Positions 27,585 to 37,347 of a stretch of 64,000 nucleotides of DNA are shown in pieces (the stretch's first letter is position 1; each line of letters begins with the position of its first letter). The translations under genes were made by a program, and so were the position numbers. This DNA comes from Candidatus Minthousia equi. Its GTDB lineage: Bacteria; Bacteroidota; Bacteroidia; Bacteroidales; Bacteroidaceae. The notes beneath the pieces were generated by a model that saw only the letters and a list, made by a program, of their open reading frames with translations, was not told the DNA's origin and did no database searches. The stretch is taken from NCBI GenBank assembly GCA_018065125.1, contig JAGHTY010000093.1, forward strand, positions 167-64,166. Direction: 5' to 3'.

Positions 27585-28721
27585 ATGAAATATTATTTGA
27601 TTGTTGGCGAGGCTTCGGGCGATTTACATGCATCGAACCTAATGAAAGCTCTGAAAGAAAAAGATGCTCAGGCAGAGTTTCGTTTTTTCGGTGGAGATTT
27701 GATGCAAGAAGTAGGTGGTACGTTGGTTAAACATTATCGTGATATGGCCTACATGGGCTTCATTCCTGTGTTGTTGCATCTAAGGACTATTTTTGCCAAC
27801 ATGAAGTACTGCAAACAGGATGTGCTGACATGGAATCCAGACGTGTTGATTCTTGTTGATTATCCAGGATTTAACCTGGATATTGCAGCCTTTGTTCATA
27901 AGCATACCTGTATTCCTGTTTATTACTATATCTCTCCCAAAATTTGGGCATGGAAAGGGCATCGCATCAAGAATATCAAGTGTGATGTAAAAGAACTATT
28001 CTCAATTCTTCCTTTCGAGGTGGAATTCTTCAAAAAACAGGATTATCCTATTCATTATGTTGGGAATCCTTGTGTGGATGCAGTTACAGCCTTTCTGCAG
28101 GAACATCCTAAGGATGAGACTACATTTTTGCGTGAGAACTATTTGGAAGTAAAACCTATCATTGCTCTTTTGGCAGGTAGTCGCAAACAAGAAATCAAGG
28201 ATAATCTGCCTAAAATGCTTCAGGTGGCATCTAAATATACCAATTATCAGTTAGTATTGGCTGGTGCGCCAGGTATTGATCCAGAATATTATCAACCCTA
28301 TATAGAACGATATAATGTTAAAGTGCTGTTTGGCAAGACTTATGAAATTTTGCAGTATGCTCAGGCCGCACTTGTTACATCTGGTACAGCCACGCTTGAA
28401 ACGGCTTTGTTCCGTGTTCCTCAAGTAGTGTGTTATGAAACCCCGTTGAAAAAAATCATTGGGTATCTTAGAAAGAAAATCCTGAAAGTAAAGTATATTT
28501 CATTAGTGAACCTGGTAGCCGACAGGGAAGTTGTACGTGAACTGGTTGCAGATACATTTACCTTGCAAAATCTGGAAACAGAACTCACTGGCATTCTGCC
28601 AGGTGGTAGTCTGCGACAGCAGATGCTGACAGAGTACGACAGAATGATAGAGATTCTTGGTCCAGCAGGAGCTTCACAAAAGACTGCTCAGCAAATGCTA
28701 GAGTGTCTACAAAATCACTAA
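27585..28721 (+). CDS. lpxB: lipid-A-disaccharide synthase
   Basis: 378 aa with a typical LpxB N-terminus (YLIVGEASGDLHASNLMKAL), VDYPGFNL and TSGTATLE. Confidence 0.93.
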   Translation: MKYYLIVGEASGDLHASNLMKALKEKDAQAEFRFFGGDLMQEVGGTLVKHYRDMAYMGFIPVLLHLRTIFANMKYCKQDVLTWNPDVLILVDYPGFNLDIAAFVHKHTCIPVYYYISPKIWAWKGHRIKNIKCDVKELFSILPFEVEFFKKQDYPIHYVGNPCVDAVTAFLQEHPKDETTFLRENYLEVKPIIALLAGSRKQEIKDNLPKMLQVASKYTNYQLVLAGAPGIDPEYYQPYIERYNVKVLFGKTYEILQYAQAALVTSGTATLETALFRVPQVVCYETPLKKIIGYLRKKILKVKYISLVNLVADREVVRELVADTFTLQNLETELTGILPGGSLRQQMLTEYDRMIEILGPAGASQKTAQQMLECLQNH

Positions 28722-29558
28722 AGTATAAAGATATACGACAGCAGCCAGAATGGCGATGAGTGAACTGTCAAAACGGTCGAGCATGCCACCATGGCCAGGC
28801 AAGATATTTCCTGAATCTTTGATGCCAAGCTTTCGTTTTAGCAAGGATTCTACCAAGTCTCCCCAGGTTCCGAATACCACTACTACCAGTGCGAGTCCCA
28901 TCCATATCAAGGCATCGGTTTCAAACCAAATAGATAGTAAGTAACCTACGCCGATAGCAAGTATTGCCCCTCCAATGGAACCTTCCCAGCTTTTCTTTGG
29001 AGAGATACGTGGGAACAAACGGTGTTTGCCCAGTAACATCCCCGAACAATAGGCGCCTGAATCATTAGCCCAGAGGAAAATGAAAACTGAAAGTGGAGTT
29101 GCCCAACTGTATTCCAGATGCGCCAACTCTGGGTTATAAGTAAATGCCAACAAATTAAGCAAGGCAAATGGCAATGCAATATAGAACTGTGCTAGCATGG
29201 CATAACCCCAGTTCGCAATTGGGTTGGGGCGATCATAGTATAATTCGCTGATGAACAAATAAAGAATCAGTATTAAATAGGGTATGAAAATGCCGCCAGA
29301 AGCAATGGCAGGGTTAATCTCGCTATACCCAATATACAGATGAAAGGCCAAGAACAGGTAAATACCAGCCAAGGTAGTGATGAAACGGTTTACATAAACA
29401 TCATCCTTGTGGTTGATGAGTGAGGAAAATTCCCAGATACTCATGCCTGTAATTAATGCAAATAATAAGCCAAAGGTTAGAGGACCATAGATGATGGCAC
29501 CAACTAATACGCCTACAAACACGATGCCTGTCAAGGTACGTATGATGAAATTCTTCAT
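28707..29558 (-). CDS. cdsA: phosphatidate cytidylyltransferase
   Basis: It is a polytopic membrane protein with the CTP-transferase-1 signature at the C-terminus (KRKLGIKDSGNILPGHGGMLDRFDS). Confidence 0.9.
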   Translation of the reverse strand: MKNFIIRTLTGIVFVGVLVGAIIYGPLTFGLLFALITGMSIWEFSSLINHKDDVYVNRFITTLAGIYLFLAFHLYIGYSEINPAIASGGIFIPYLILILYLFISELYYDRPNPIANWGYAMLAQFYIALPFALLNLLAFTYNPELAHLEYSWATPLSVFIFLWANDSGAYCSGMLLGKHRLFPRISPKKSWEGSIGGAILAIGVGYLLSIWFETDALIWMGLALVVVVFGTWGDLVESLLKRKLGIKDSGNILPGHGGMLDRFDSSLIAILAAVVYLYTLVIL

Positions 29559-29580
29559 TTGTTTATTTGTATTTCTGTGT

Positions 29581-31575
29581 TTATTTAGCTTCTTCCTCTG
29601 TAGCAGGGGCTGGTAGTTTTGCTTGCTTTGGCAATTCCTTTTCCTCCTTAATCTCCTCTACATCAGTAGAATCATTCATAATTTCTTCAGAACGTGAACC
29701 CCATGGACGCTTTCCGAATATCTTCTCAACATCCTCGGCAAATATAACCTCACGTTCCATAAGAATCTGTGCCAACTGTGCATGACCGTCCTTATGCTCA
29801 TCCAGAACTTCCTTGGCGCGTTGATATTGCTCGGAGATCATCTTCTTAACCTCTTCGTCTATCAGTTGTGCGGTAGATTCACTATAAGGTTTAGAGAATG
29901 AATACTCGCTGTTGTTATAGTAGCAAAGATTTGGCAAACTGTCGCTCATACCAGCATAGGCAATCATGCTATAGCTCTGTTTGGTAACACGTTCCAGATC
30001 GTTCATGGCACCAGTAGAAATATGTCCGATGAATAATTCCTCGGCAGCTCTACCACCCAAGGTAGCGCACATCTCATCCAACATCTGCTCTTTGGTTGTT
30101 ATCTGTCTTTCTTCTGGTAGGTACCAGGCTGCTCCTAGAGCACGACCTCGAGGAACGATGGTAACCTTGATCAAAGGATTTGCATGTTCCAGGAACCAAG
30201 AGATGGTAGCATGGCCAGCTTCGTGAATAGCAATCGACTTTTTCTCGGCAGTGGTAAGAACCTTGGTCTTCTTTTCCAAACCACCAATGATGCGGTCAAC
30301 AGCATCCAAAAAATCCTGCTTGCCAACGAATTGCTTTCCATGTCGGGCAGCAATCAAGGCTGCTTCGTTACATACATTAGCAATGTCGGCGCCCGAGAAA
30401 CCTGGAGTCTGGCGTGACAATAGGTCTATGTCGACGGTATTGTCTATTTTTACAGGGCGTAGGTGAACATTAAAGATTTCCTTACGCTCGTTTAAGTCTG
30501 GCAGGTCAACGTGAATCTGACGGTCGAAACGGCCTGCACGCAATAATGCCTTGTCCAAGATGTCCACGCGGTTGGTAGCTGCCATGATAATAACGCCACT
30601 ATTGGTTCCAAAACCGTCCATTTCGGTAAGCAACTGGTTCAAGGTGCTTTCGCGTTCGTCATTGCCACCCATTGCAGCATTCTTACTACGTGCACGACCG
30701 ATGGCATCAATCTCGTCAATGAAGATGATGCAAGGTGCCTTTTCTTTTGCCTGACGGAACAGATCACGTACACGAGATGCACCTACACCTACAAACATTT
30801 CTACGAAATCAGAACCTGATAAAGAAAAGAAAGGAACGTTTGCTTCTCCTGCTACAGCCTTGGCTAGCAATGTTTTACCAGTTCCTGGAGGACCAACTAA
30901 CAAGGCTCCCTTTGGAATCTTGCCGCCCAATTCTGTGTATTTCTGTGGGGTTTTTAAGAAATCTACTATTTCTTTAACCTCTTCCTTTGCACCGGCCTGA
31001 CCGGCTACATCTTTGAAAGTTACTGATGTTTTCTCGTCTTTCTCAATCAACTTTGCCTTAGAACGGCCTACATTGAAGATGCCGGAAGAACCGCCCATTC
31101 CGCCTCCCATCCTTCTAAACAAGAAGGAGATAAGGAAGAAGAAAAAGAAAAGTGGAGCGATATTCCAGAATAAGGAAGAAAGAAAACCGCTTTCGCGTTC
31201 ATAACTGAGCTGTCCAAGGAAGTGCTTTTCCTCTATCTGCTTGTCGATAAATTCTTCCAGTTTGTCAACAGAACCAAAATCAACGGAAACATAAGGCTGG
31301 GTGCCAGTTTGCTGTGCCGAAGTCTTGAATACATCGCGGATATTGGCCGAGTTAACGAACATTCTTAATGTACCTGCGTCCTTGTTGGCAATGATGCGTG
31401 AAGCATACCCTTTTTCTACGTAGTCCTTAAACTCAGAATAGGTTGCACCTTTGCTGGCACTGTCATCCTGATTAGAAAACATCAGTAGGGCAATTACGGC
31501 AATAAGGCCGATGTATAGCCAGTTAAGGTTGAATTTAGGTGCGTTGTTTGGTTTCTTATTTCTGTTATCGTTCAT
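29581..31575 (-). CDS. ftsH: ATP-dependent zinc metalloprotease FtsH
   Basis: It has two TM segments, AAA Walker A GPPGTGKT, Walker [12 protein letters not shown], and the M41 zinc site HEAGHA. Confidence 0.97.
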   Translation of the reverse strand: MNDNRNKKPNNAPKFNLNWLYIGLIAVIALLMFSNQDDSASKGATYSEFKDYVEKGYASRIIANKDAGTLRMFVNSANIRDVFKTSAQQTGTQPYVSVDFGSVDKLEEFIDKQIEEKHFLGQLSYERESGFLSSLFWNIAPLFFFFFLISFLFRRMGGGMGGSSGIFNVGRSKAKLIEKDEKTSVTFKDVAGQAGAKEEVKEIVDFLKTPQKYTELGGKIPKGALLVGPPGTGKTLLAKAVAGEANVPFFSLSGSDFVEMFVGVGASRVRDLFRQAKEKAPCIIFIDEIDAIGRARSKNAAMGGNDERESTLNQLLTEMDGFGTNSGVIIMAATNRVDILDKALLRAGRFDRQIHVDLPDLNERKEIFNVHLRPVKIDNTVDIDLLSRQTPGFSGADIANVCNEAALIAARHGKQFVGKQDFLDAVDRIIGGLEKKTKVLTTAEKKSIAIHEAGHATISWFLEHANPLIKVTIVPRGRALGAAWYLPEERQITTKEQMLDEMCATLGGRAAEELFIGHISTGAMNDLERVTKQSYSMIAYAGMSDSLPNLCYYNNSEYSFSKPYSESTAQLIDEEVKKMISEQYQRAKEVLDEHKDGHAQLAQILMEREVIFAEDVEKIFGKRPWGSRSEEIMNDSTDVEEIKEEKELPKQAKLPAPATEEEAK

Positions 31576-31580
31576 TGTTA

Positions 31581-31940
31581 TTAATCAATGTTAGGTATTT
31601 GGGTTAACTGGGCATCAGCCCATAAGTTCTCAATATTGTAAAAGTCGTGACGTTCGGGAAGGAATACATGTACCATAACATCTACATAGTCAATAGCAAT
31701 CCATTCTGCATTTCTGAATCCATCTACTGCTACAGGTTTCTCGTTCAGATCACGGTGTACTGTATATGCAATGGATTGGGCAAGTGCCTCCAAGTGACTG
31801 GGAGAATTTCCTTGGCATACGATGAAATAGTTGCAGATGGTGTCGTCAATAGGAGTTAGATCTGCTATTACAATATCCTTACCTTTCTTTTCCTGGATGC
31901 CTTCAATGATTTTGTCTACCAGTTTTTTCTGTTTATCCAT
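31581..31940 (-). CDS. rsfS: ribosome silencing factor
   Basis: 119 aa with an RsfS/iojap-like sequence (DYFIVCQGNS.., WIAIDYVDVMVHVF). It sits upstream of ftsH in the same operon. Confidence 0.9.
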   Translation of the reverse strand: MDKQKKLVDKIIEGIQEKKGKDIVIADLTPIDDTICNYFIVCQGNSPSHLEALAQSIAYTVHRDLNEKPVAVDGFRNAEWIAIDYVDVMVHVFLPERHDFYNIENLWADAQLTQIPNID

Positions 31941-31962
31941 TTACGCTTTTATTAATATTCAG

Positions 31963-31970
31963 CAAAGATA
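31963..31970 (-). promoter_or_regulatory. -7 box (TAtcTTTG) for rsfS-ftsH-cdsA
   Basis: The plus strand reads caaagata, 23 nt upstream of the rsfS ATG. Confidence 0.5.
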
Positions 31971-32106
31971 AGTCGTTTTTCTTATATGCGCACTATTATG
32001 GTATGTGCTTTTCATTTTTTTTATAATATAAGGTGTGAGAAGAGGACATTTTGAACATTTTTCTAAAAAAAACGGGTAAAGGTTTGGGAGATTGAAAAAA
32101 ATGCCA

Positions 32107-32114
32107 TACCTTTG
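32107..32114 (+). promoter_or_regulatory. -7 box (TAccTTTG) for tRNA-Gln
   Basis: tacctttg lies 32 nt upstream of the first tRNA base. Confidence 0.45.
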
Positions 32115-32145
32115 CATCGCTTTTGAAAAATAAAGTGAATGACCT

Positions 32146-32216
32146 TGGGATATGGTGTAATGGTAACACTACAGATTCTGGTCCTGTCATTCCAGGTTCG
32201 AATCCTGGTATCCCAA
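32146..32216 (+). tRNA. tRNA-Gln (anticodon CTG)
   Basis: A hand-folded cloverleaf fits. The acceptor stem pairs TGGGATA with TATCCCA, the D stem GTGT with ACAC, and the T arm CCAGG-TTCGAAT-CCTGG. The anticodon loop is TTCTGGT (CTG at 32178-32180). No CCA is encoded. A -7 box lies 32 nt upstream and a hairpin terminator lies downstream. Confidence 0.9.
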
Positions 32217-32217
32217 C

Positions 32218-32256
32218 AAGAAAGAACTTCAGAAATGAAGTTCTTTCTTTGTTTTA
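32218..32256 (+). terminator. intrinsic terminator after tRNA-Gln
   Basis: A perfect 13-bp stem pairs aagaaagaacttc (32218-32230) with gaagttctttctt (32237-32249). The loop is agaaat, followed by tgtttta. Confidence 0.8.
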
Positions 32257-32261
32257 TATAC

Positions 32262-32291
32262 AAATAACCCAGGACGATGTGCCCTGGGTTT
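32262..32291 (-). terminator. intrinsic terminator of the DUF349 gene
   Basis: A 7-bp GC-rich stem pairs acccagg (32267-32273) with cctgggt (32283-32289). On the minus strand it is followed by a T/A-rich run, and it lies 5 nt past the stop codon. Confidence 0.6.
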
Positions 32292-32295
32292 GTAT

Positions 32296-33924
32296 CTAAT
32301 TCATCTTGCTTTTTAACTCTTCAACTTCGGCTTTGAGTTTCTCCATTTTGCGGTTCATCTCATCCACCAATGCATTGCCTTTCTTTGAATTGGCGGTCAG
32401 GAAACCTAGATTGTTTTCATAGGTTTTGAGTTCTGCCAACTTGGCATCCAAGATGCGTTTCATGCGGTCGGGAGTCAAATCTTTTGTCTCTTTTCGGCGA
32501 GGTAATAGCTTCTCTACTTCCTCTATGGCAGTATGGAATTCCTTGTAAAGCTTATCCTTTTCCTTGAATGGTACGTGGCCAACTTCGTTCCAGCTCTTAA
32601 CGATATCGCGAATCTGGTTGCGATTGATGTTTCCTGATGTTGCAAGTTCCTTAACCTGAGCAATGATTTCTTTCTTTTTCTTTAAGTTCTCAAGTTCTGC
32701 ATTCTTCTGTGTGTTGGCAAGCTTGTTCTTTCGGTCGAAGAAGGTGTCGCAAGCCTTGCAGAATCGTTTCCATACAGTATCAGAATCTTTCTTAGGAACA
32801 GTACCAATACTCTTCCATTCTTTCTGCAGCTGTATCATAGCGTCGGCAGTTGTTTTCCAATCTTCACTATCTTGCAGTGCTTCGGCCTTTTCACACAGAA
32901 TCAGTTTCTTGTTAAGATTATCGTTAAGACTGTCTTTCAAATCCTTATAAAAAGTGTTCTTTTTGTCGAAAAATGCACCACAGGCAGTACGGAAACGTTC
33001 GTAAATCTTTGTATTCTGCTTTTGTGGGGCATAGCCAATCTGCTTCCATTGTGCTTGTGCGTCTAGAACCTTTTGTGCTACTTCGTTCCAGGAAGCGGTG
33101 GTGGTTAGCTTTTCAAAGTCAATGGTTTCAATCTGTTGGCAAAGCTGCTCTTTCTTCTCCAAATTCTTCAGTTCTTCTTGACGGATATCCTCAAAATGCT
33201 GTTGATGCATTTTGTTTACTACGGTAGAGGCATCTTTGAAACGCTTCCAGATATCTTCACGCAATTCCTTTGCTACAGGACCACAGTCCTTATATTCCAA
33301 GTGCAGTTGTTGCAACTTCTGGAAAGCGTCGATAATGTCATCGCTCTTGGCCAGTGCCTCGGCCTGCTCGCAAAGAGTAGTTTTTGTCTCTAGGTTCTTC
33401 TTGAAGTCTAGATCACGAAGTTCGTTGTTGATTTTCTGAATATCGTAGTATTGTTCTATTACCAGTTGGTATCTTTTCCATAGATCAGTTGCACTTTCAG
33501 GAGGTACGCTACCTGCTACTTTCCAGTTCTGTTGTAGCTGGCGAACTTCTTCAAATGTGTTTTCTGCTGATTCGGGGTTGTCTATGATTTCTTTTATGCG
33601 GGCAATGATGGCCTCTTTCTTGGCAAGGTTTTCCTGTTTCAACTGTTCTTGCTGTAGTAAAAGCGCATTACGGCGTTCCTTGATGGCTTGCATCAGTGCT
33701 TTGAATTCTGTTTCGGAGGTATCTTCTGGAATGATGAAGCTGGCAGCATCATTACCACTGTCTTCATAATCCTTTCGAGCCTTTTCCATGGCAGCAAAGT
33801 GCTGCTTGTAGAACTGCTGCTTTAGAGAGTCGATTTCAAACTTGTCTATGGCTTCATTGTTTTCAACAATAGCCTTCAGTCTGTTAACTATAGATTCGGT
33901 TCCTACTAATTCGTTAGCATCCAT
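32296..33924 (-). CDS. DUF349 repeat protein
   Basis: 542 aa, highly charged and helical. It carries about five repeats of the W(K/N)x(I/V)G..P......(W/Y)(K/E)RF motif (NWKVAGSVP..LWKRY, EYKDCGPV..IWKRF, QWKQIGYAP..IYERF, EWKSIGTVP..VWKRF, SWNEVGHVP..LYKEF). Confidence 0.85.
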   Translation of the reverse strand: MDANELVGTESIVNRLKAIVENNEAIDKFEIDSLKQQFYKQHFAAMEKARKDYEDSGNDAASFIIPEDTSETEFKALMQAIKERRNALLLQQEQLKQENLAKKEAIIARIKEIIDNPESAENTFEEVRQLQQNWKVAGSVPPESATDLWKRYQLVIEQYYDIQKINNELRDLDFKKNLETKTTLCEQAEALAKSDDIIDAFQKLQQLHLEYKDCGPVAKELREDIWKRFKDASTVVNKMHQQHFEDIRQEELKNLEKKEQLCQQIETIDFEKLTTTASWNEVAQKVLDAQAQWKQIGYAPQKQNTKIYERFRTACGAFFDKKNTFYKDLKDSLNDNLNKKLILCEKAEALQDSEDWKTTADAMIQLQKEWKSIGTVPKKDSDTVWKRFCKACDTFFDRKNKLANTQKNAELENLKKKKEIIAQVKELATSGNINRNQIRDIVKSWNEVGHVPFKEKDKLYKEFHTAIEEVEKLLPRRKETKDLTPDRMKRILDAKLAELKTYENNLGFLTANSKKGNALVDEMNRKMEKLKAEVEELKSKMN

Positions 33925-34000
33925 AATCTTGTCTTTTATTTGGTATAAGATTTATTTCAATAAATGAATGACAAAGGTAAACTTTTTTTTCGGAAATACC

Positions 34001-34813
34001 CTAATCTTCATCGTTTTTTTTCAGTTCATACAGATTCAGTTCCTTTTCCACTTGGTTGGTAAGTTCTATAAACTGCTGTACGCTGAGTTGTTCAGGACGT
34101 TTGTTCATAATGTCTATAGCCAGTAATGGACTTTCCTTGCCAAGAATAGGCTTGATAGAGTTTCGCAGGGTTTTACGGCGTTGGTTGAAGGTAGTTTTTA
34201 CCACACGCTTGAACAATGCTTCATCACATCCTAATTCGGTTGTACTGTTGCGTGTCATACGGATGACGGCACTTTTTACCTTAGGTGGAGGATTGAATAC
34301 ATTCTCGTTTACGGTAAATAGATATTCTACCTTGTACCATGCTTGAACAAGCACACTAAGAATGCCGTAGGTCTTGCTACCAGGACCTGCAGCCATGCGT
34401 TCTGCCACCTCTTTCTGGATCATGCCAGAACAGAAAGGGATAATATCCTTGTTGTCTAGCATTTTGAAGAAAATCTGGCTGGAAATATTATATGGATAAT
34501 TGCCCGTAAGAATGAAAGGCTTTCCGTCAAACAGATGGTCGAGGTGCATCTTCAGAAAATCGTCTTCGATGATAGAATTCTCTAGCTCTGGGTAGTTGGT
34601 GCGAAGATATGCAACTGATTCGAAATCAATTTCTACTACTTTTAAATCACGTCCTTTTGGAACCAGAAACTGAGTAAGGACACCCATACCAGGACCTACC
34701 TCAAGAATTGGGAGATCTGGACACGCATCTACGGTGTCGGCTATGGCTTGGGCAATCTTTAAATCCTTTAGGAAATGCTGTCCAAGGAACTTTTTTGGTT
34801 TGACTAATGCCAT
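34001..34813 (-). CDS. rsmA: 16S rRNA (adenine1518/1519-N6)-dimethyltransferase
   Basis: It matches KsgA: N-terminus KKFLGQHFL, SAM motif ILEVGPGMGVLT, and GNYPYNISS. Confidence 0.93.
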   Translation of the reverse strand: MALVKPKKFLGQHFLKDLKIAQAIADTVDACPDLPILEVGPGMGVLTQFLVPKGRDLKVVEIDFESVAYLRTNYPELENSIIEDDFLKMHLDHLFDGKPFILTGNYPYNISSQIFFKMLDNKDIIPFCSGMIQKEVAERMAAGPGSKTYGILSVLVQAWYKVEYLFTVNENVFNPPPKVKSAVIRMTRNSTTELGCDEALFKRVVKTTFNQRRKTLRNSIKPILGKESPLLAIDIMNKRPEQLSVQQFIELTNQVEKELNLYELKKNDED

Positions 34814-34854
34814 TAAAAAGAATTAATTTATTTTGTATTCCGCTTTGCTTACAC

Positions 34855-34862
34855 TATCTTTG
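34855..34862 (+). promoter_or_regulatory. -7 box (TAtcTTTG) for the UPF0104 gene
   Basis: tatctttg forms the left arm of the palindrome tatctttg-cggta-caaagata. Confidence 0.45.
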
Positions 34863-34867
34863 CGGTA

Positions 34868-34875
34868 CAAAGATA
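34868..34875 (-). promoter_or_regulatory. -7 box (TAtcTTTG) for rsmA
   Basis: The plus strand reads caaagata. It forms the right arm of the same palindrome, 55 nt upstream of the rsmA ATG. Confidence 0.4.
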
Positions 34876-34884
34876 CTAAATAAA

Positions 34885-35928
34885 TTGAAACAGGTTATCA
34901 ATAACATCATAAAAGTGGCGTTGCCACTGCTACTTGGAAGTGTTATCTTGTGGTGGACGTACCGCAATTTCGATTTTTCAAGGGTGAGTCACGTGTTGTG
35001 GGAAGAGATGGATTGGGGTTGGATGCTGCTTTCCATCCCCTTTGGCATACTGGCACAGATGTTCAGGGGATGGCGCTGGAAGCAAACTTTGGAACCTATG
35101 GGTGAGCATCCCAAGACTTCACATTGCGTGAATTCCATTTTCGTGTCGTATGCAGCAAACTTGCTGTTACCTCGTGTAGGAGAGGTGTCTCGTTGTGGCG
35201 TGTTAAAAAGATATGATGGTGTTTCGTTCTCAAAATCCCTGGGAACTGTGGTTACAGAACGCATCATCGATACCATCTGCATTTTATTAATTACTGGTGT
35301 TACTTTACTGACGCAGATGGGTGTTTTTTCTGATTTTTTTAAGGAAACAGGTACCGACTTAAGTAATATTACGGCTCGTTTTGCTACCATTCACTATATT
35401 ATATTAGGTGTAAGTGTATTGGCAATTGCAGTCCTACTTATCTACCTAATTAATAAACTGGCGGTGTTGAGCAAGGTCAAGGCGGTGTTCCGCAATCTTT
35501 GTGAAGGCATCTTCTCTTTGAAAAAAGTACGTAACAAATGGCTGTTCGTGTTCTACACCATTGCTATCTGGACAAGTTATATCTTGCATTTTTATCTCAC
35601 ATTCTATGCCTTTGGATTTACATCAGAGTTGGGTGTTACGGCCGGATTAGTGTTGTTTGTTGTAGGAAGTATAGCCGTTGTAGTACCAACCCCTAATGGC
35701 GCGGGGCCTTGGCATTTTGCTGTGATAACCATGCTTGTACTATATGGTGTAGGACAGAGTGATGCCGAAGTTTTCGCGCTTTTGGTACATGCCATCCAAA
35801 CTCTACTCATTATTATTCTGGGTGTTGTAGGCTGGTTGCTGCTTAATTTTGAAAAACCAATTGAAATTAAAAAAGATAATACACATGAAGACTATCAAGG
35901 ACTTGACTCCAAGAGAGATCTGGAGTAA
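34885..35928 (+). CDS. UPF0104/flippase-like (MprF transmembrane-domain-like) membrane protein; start codon uncertain
   Basis: It is a polytopic membrane protein (RGWRWK.., LLPRVGEVSRC motif of the LPG-synthase TM family). The frame is open from the ATG at 34807, but that ATG lies inside rsmA and upstream of the predicted -7 box at 34855-34862. The TTG at 34885 is the first plausible start after the box. Confidence 0.72.
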   Translation: MKQVINNIIKVALPLLLGSVILWWTYRNFDFSRVSHVLWEEMDWGWMLLSIPFGILAQMFRGWRWKQTLEPMGEHPKTSHCVNSIFVSYAANLLLPRVGEVSRCGVLKRYDGVSFSKSLGTVVTERIIDTICILLITGVTLLTQMGVFSDFFKETGTDLSNITARFATIHYIILGVSVLAIAVLLIYLINKLAVLSKVKAVFRNLCEGIFSLKKVRNKWLFVFYTIAIWTSYILHFYLTFYAFGFTSELGVTAGLVLFVVGSIAVVVPTPNGAGPWHFAVITMLVLYGVGQSDAEVFALLVHAIQTLLIIILGVVGWLLLNFEKPIEIKKDNTHEDYQGLDSKRDLE

Positions 35929-37345
35929 CTTCGAGGCACTTACACAGGTTCCACGTCCATCTGGACATTTACAGAAAATACAGTCTTTTTTGCTTAAATG
36001 GGCAAAGAAAGCAGATGTTGAGGCATTTCAGGATGAGGCAGGTAACATTATAATGAAGAAACCTGCTACCCCTGGTTATGAAAATAAGCAGACCGTTATT
36101 CTGCAAGCACACATGGATATGGTGCCTCAAAAGTTGGAGGGTCATCATCATATCTTCCATGAGCATGCAATCAAGACTGTAGTTGATGGTGATTGGCTGA
36201 AGGCCGTAGGCACTACACTGGGTGCAGATGATGGTATTGGTGTTGCCTCTATCATGGCTGTGATGGAAGCAAAGGATTTGAAGCATGGTCCGCTAGAGGC
36301 ATTGATTACTGCCGATGAAGAAACTGGTATGTATGGTGCGTTTGGCTTGCAACCAGGTGAACTTTCTGGTACTATTCTTTTGAATCTGGATACAGAGGAT
36401 GAGGGTGAACTGATTATCGGTTGTGCTGGTGGTGTTGACGTAACAGCATCTCTGGAATACAAAGAGGTACCATGCGACAAGGAGGATATTGCCATGAAGA
36501 TTGTAATCCGTGGTTTGCTAGGTGGTCACTCTGGTTTGGAAATTAACCAGAATCGTGCGAATGCCAATAAAATGATGGCACGTATTGTTCGTGCTGCCAT
36601 TTCTGATGATGCTGCACGCCTTGCCAGCTGGCATGGAGGTAATATGCGTAATGCTATCCCACGCGAGTGTACTGCCGTAGTAACAATTCCTGCTGATAAC
36701 AAGGAAGATTTCATTGATTTAATTCACTACTGCAAGAAGATGTTTGTAGATGAGTTGAAAGATGTAGAAACCGATGGCTTTGAGTTGTTTGTTGAAGAAG
36801 TAAAACTTCCTTCTAATCAGGTACCAGTAGAAATTCAGGATAATCTTGTGAATGTGATTTATGCTAGCCAGAATGGTGTGATGCGTAACATTCCTACTAT
36901 TCCAACTATTGTTGAAACTTCAAGCAATCTGGCTATTGTAGATATTGAAGAAGGTAAGGCTACTATCGATGTTCTGGTACGTAGTTCAAGCGAGAGCATG
37001 AAGGAATATTTGGCAACCTCTTTGGAGTGTGGCTTCAGCATGGCAGGTATGAAGGTCATGATGAGTGGTTCTTACAGTGGTTGGGAACCAAACACTTCTT
37101 CGCCTATTGTCAAGGCTATGACTCAAAGTTACGAAAAGCAGTTTGGCACTCCATGCAAGGTTCAAGTTGTACATGCAGGCTTGGAATGTGGTATCATTGG
37201 TGCAACCATGCCAGGTTTGGATATGGTGTCTTTTGGTCCTACATTGCGTAGTCCACATACTCCTCAGGAACGTTGCTATATACCATCTGTAACGAAATAC
37301 TGGGATTTCCTGAAAGCAACGCTGGAACAAATCCCTGAAAAATAA
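35885..37345 (+). CDS. pepD: aminoacyl-histidine dipeptidase (M20C, PepD)
   Basis: It begins MKTIKDLTPREIW.. as PepD usually does, with LQAHMDMV, GADDGIGVA, TADEETGM and GLECG. I set the start at the ATG at 35885. Confidence 0.92.
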   Translation: MKTIKDLTPREIWSNFEALTQVPRPSGHLQKIQSFLLKWAKKADVEAFQDEAGNIIMKKPATPGYENKQTVILQAHMDMVPQKLEGHHHIFHEHAIKTVVDGDWLKAVGTTLGADDGIGVASIMAVMEAKDLKHGPLEALITADEETGMYGAFGLQPGELSGTILLNLDTEDEGELIIGCAGGVDVTASLEYKEVPCDKEDIAMKIVIRGLLGGHSGLEINQNRANANKMMARIVRAAISDDAARLASWHGGNMRNAIPRECTAVVTIPADNKEDFIDLIHYCKKMFVDELKDVETDGFELFVEEVKLPSNQVPVEIQDNLVNVIYASQNGVMRNIPTIPTIVETSSNLAIVDIEEGKATIDVLVRSSSESMKEYLATSLECGFSMAGMKVMMSGSYSGWEPNTSSPIVKAMTQSYEKQFGTPCKVQVVHAGLECGIIGATMPGLDMVSFGPTLRSPHTPQERCYIPSVTKYWDFLKATLEQIPEK

Positions 37346-37347
37346 GA

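Noticed and set aside
32146-32300. tRNA-Gln considered as an integration hotspot flanking a mobile element
   Set aside because: I noticed no integrase, no duplicated tRNA 3' end and no compositional break. The neighbours are conserved housekeeping genes with their own terminators.
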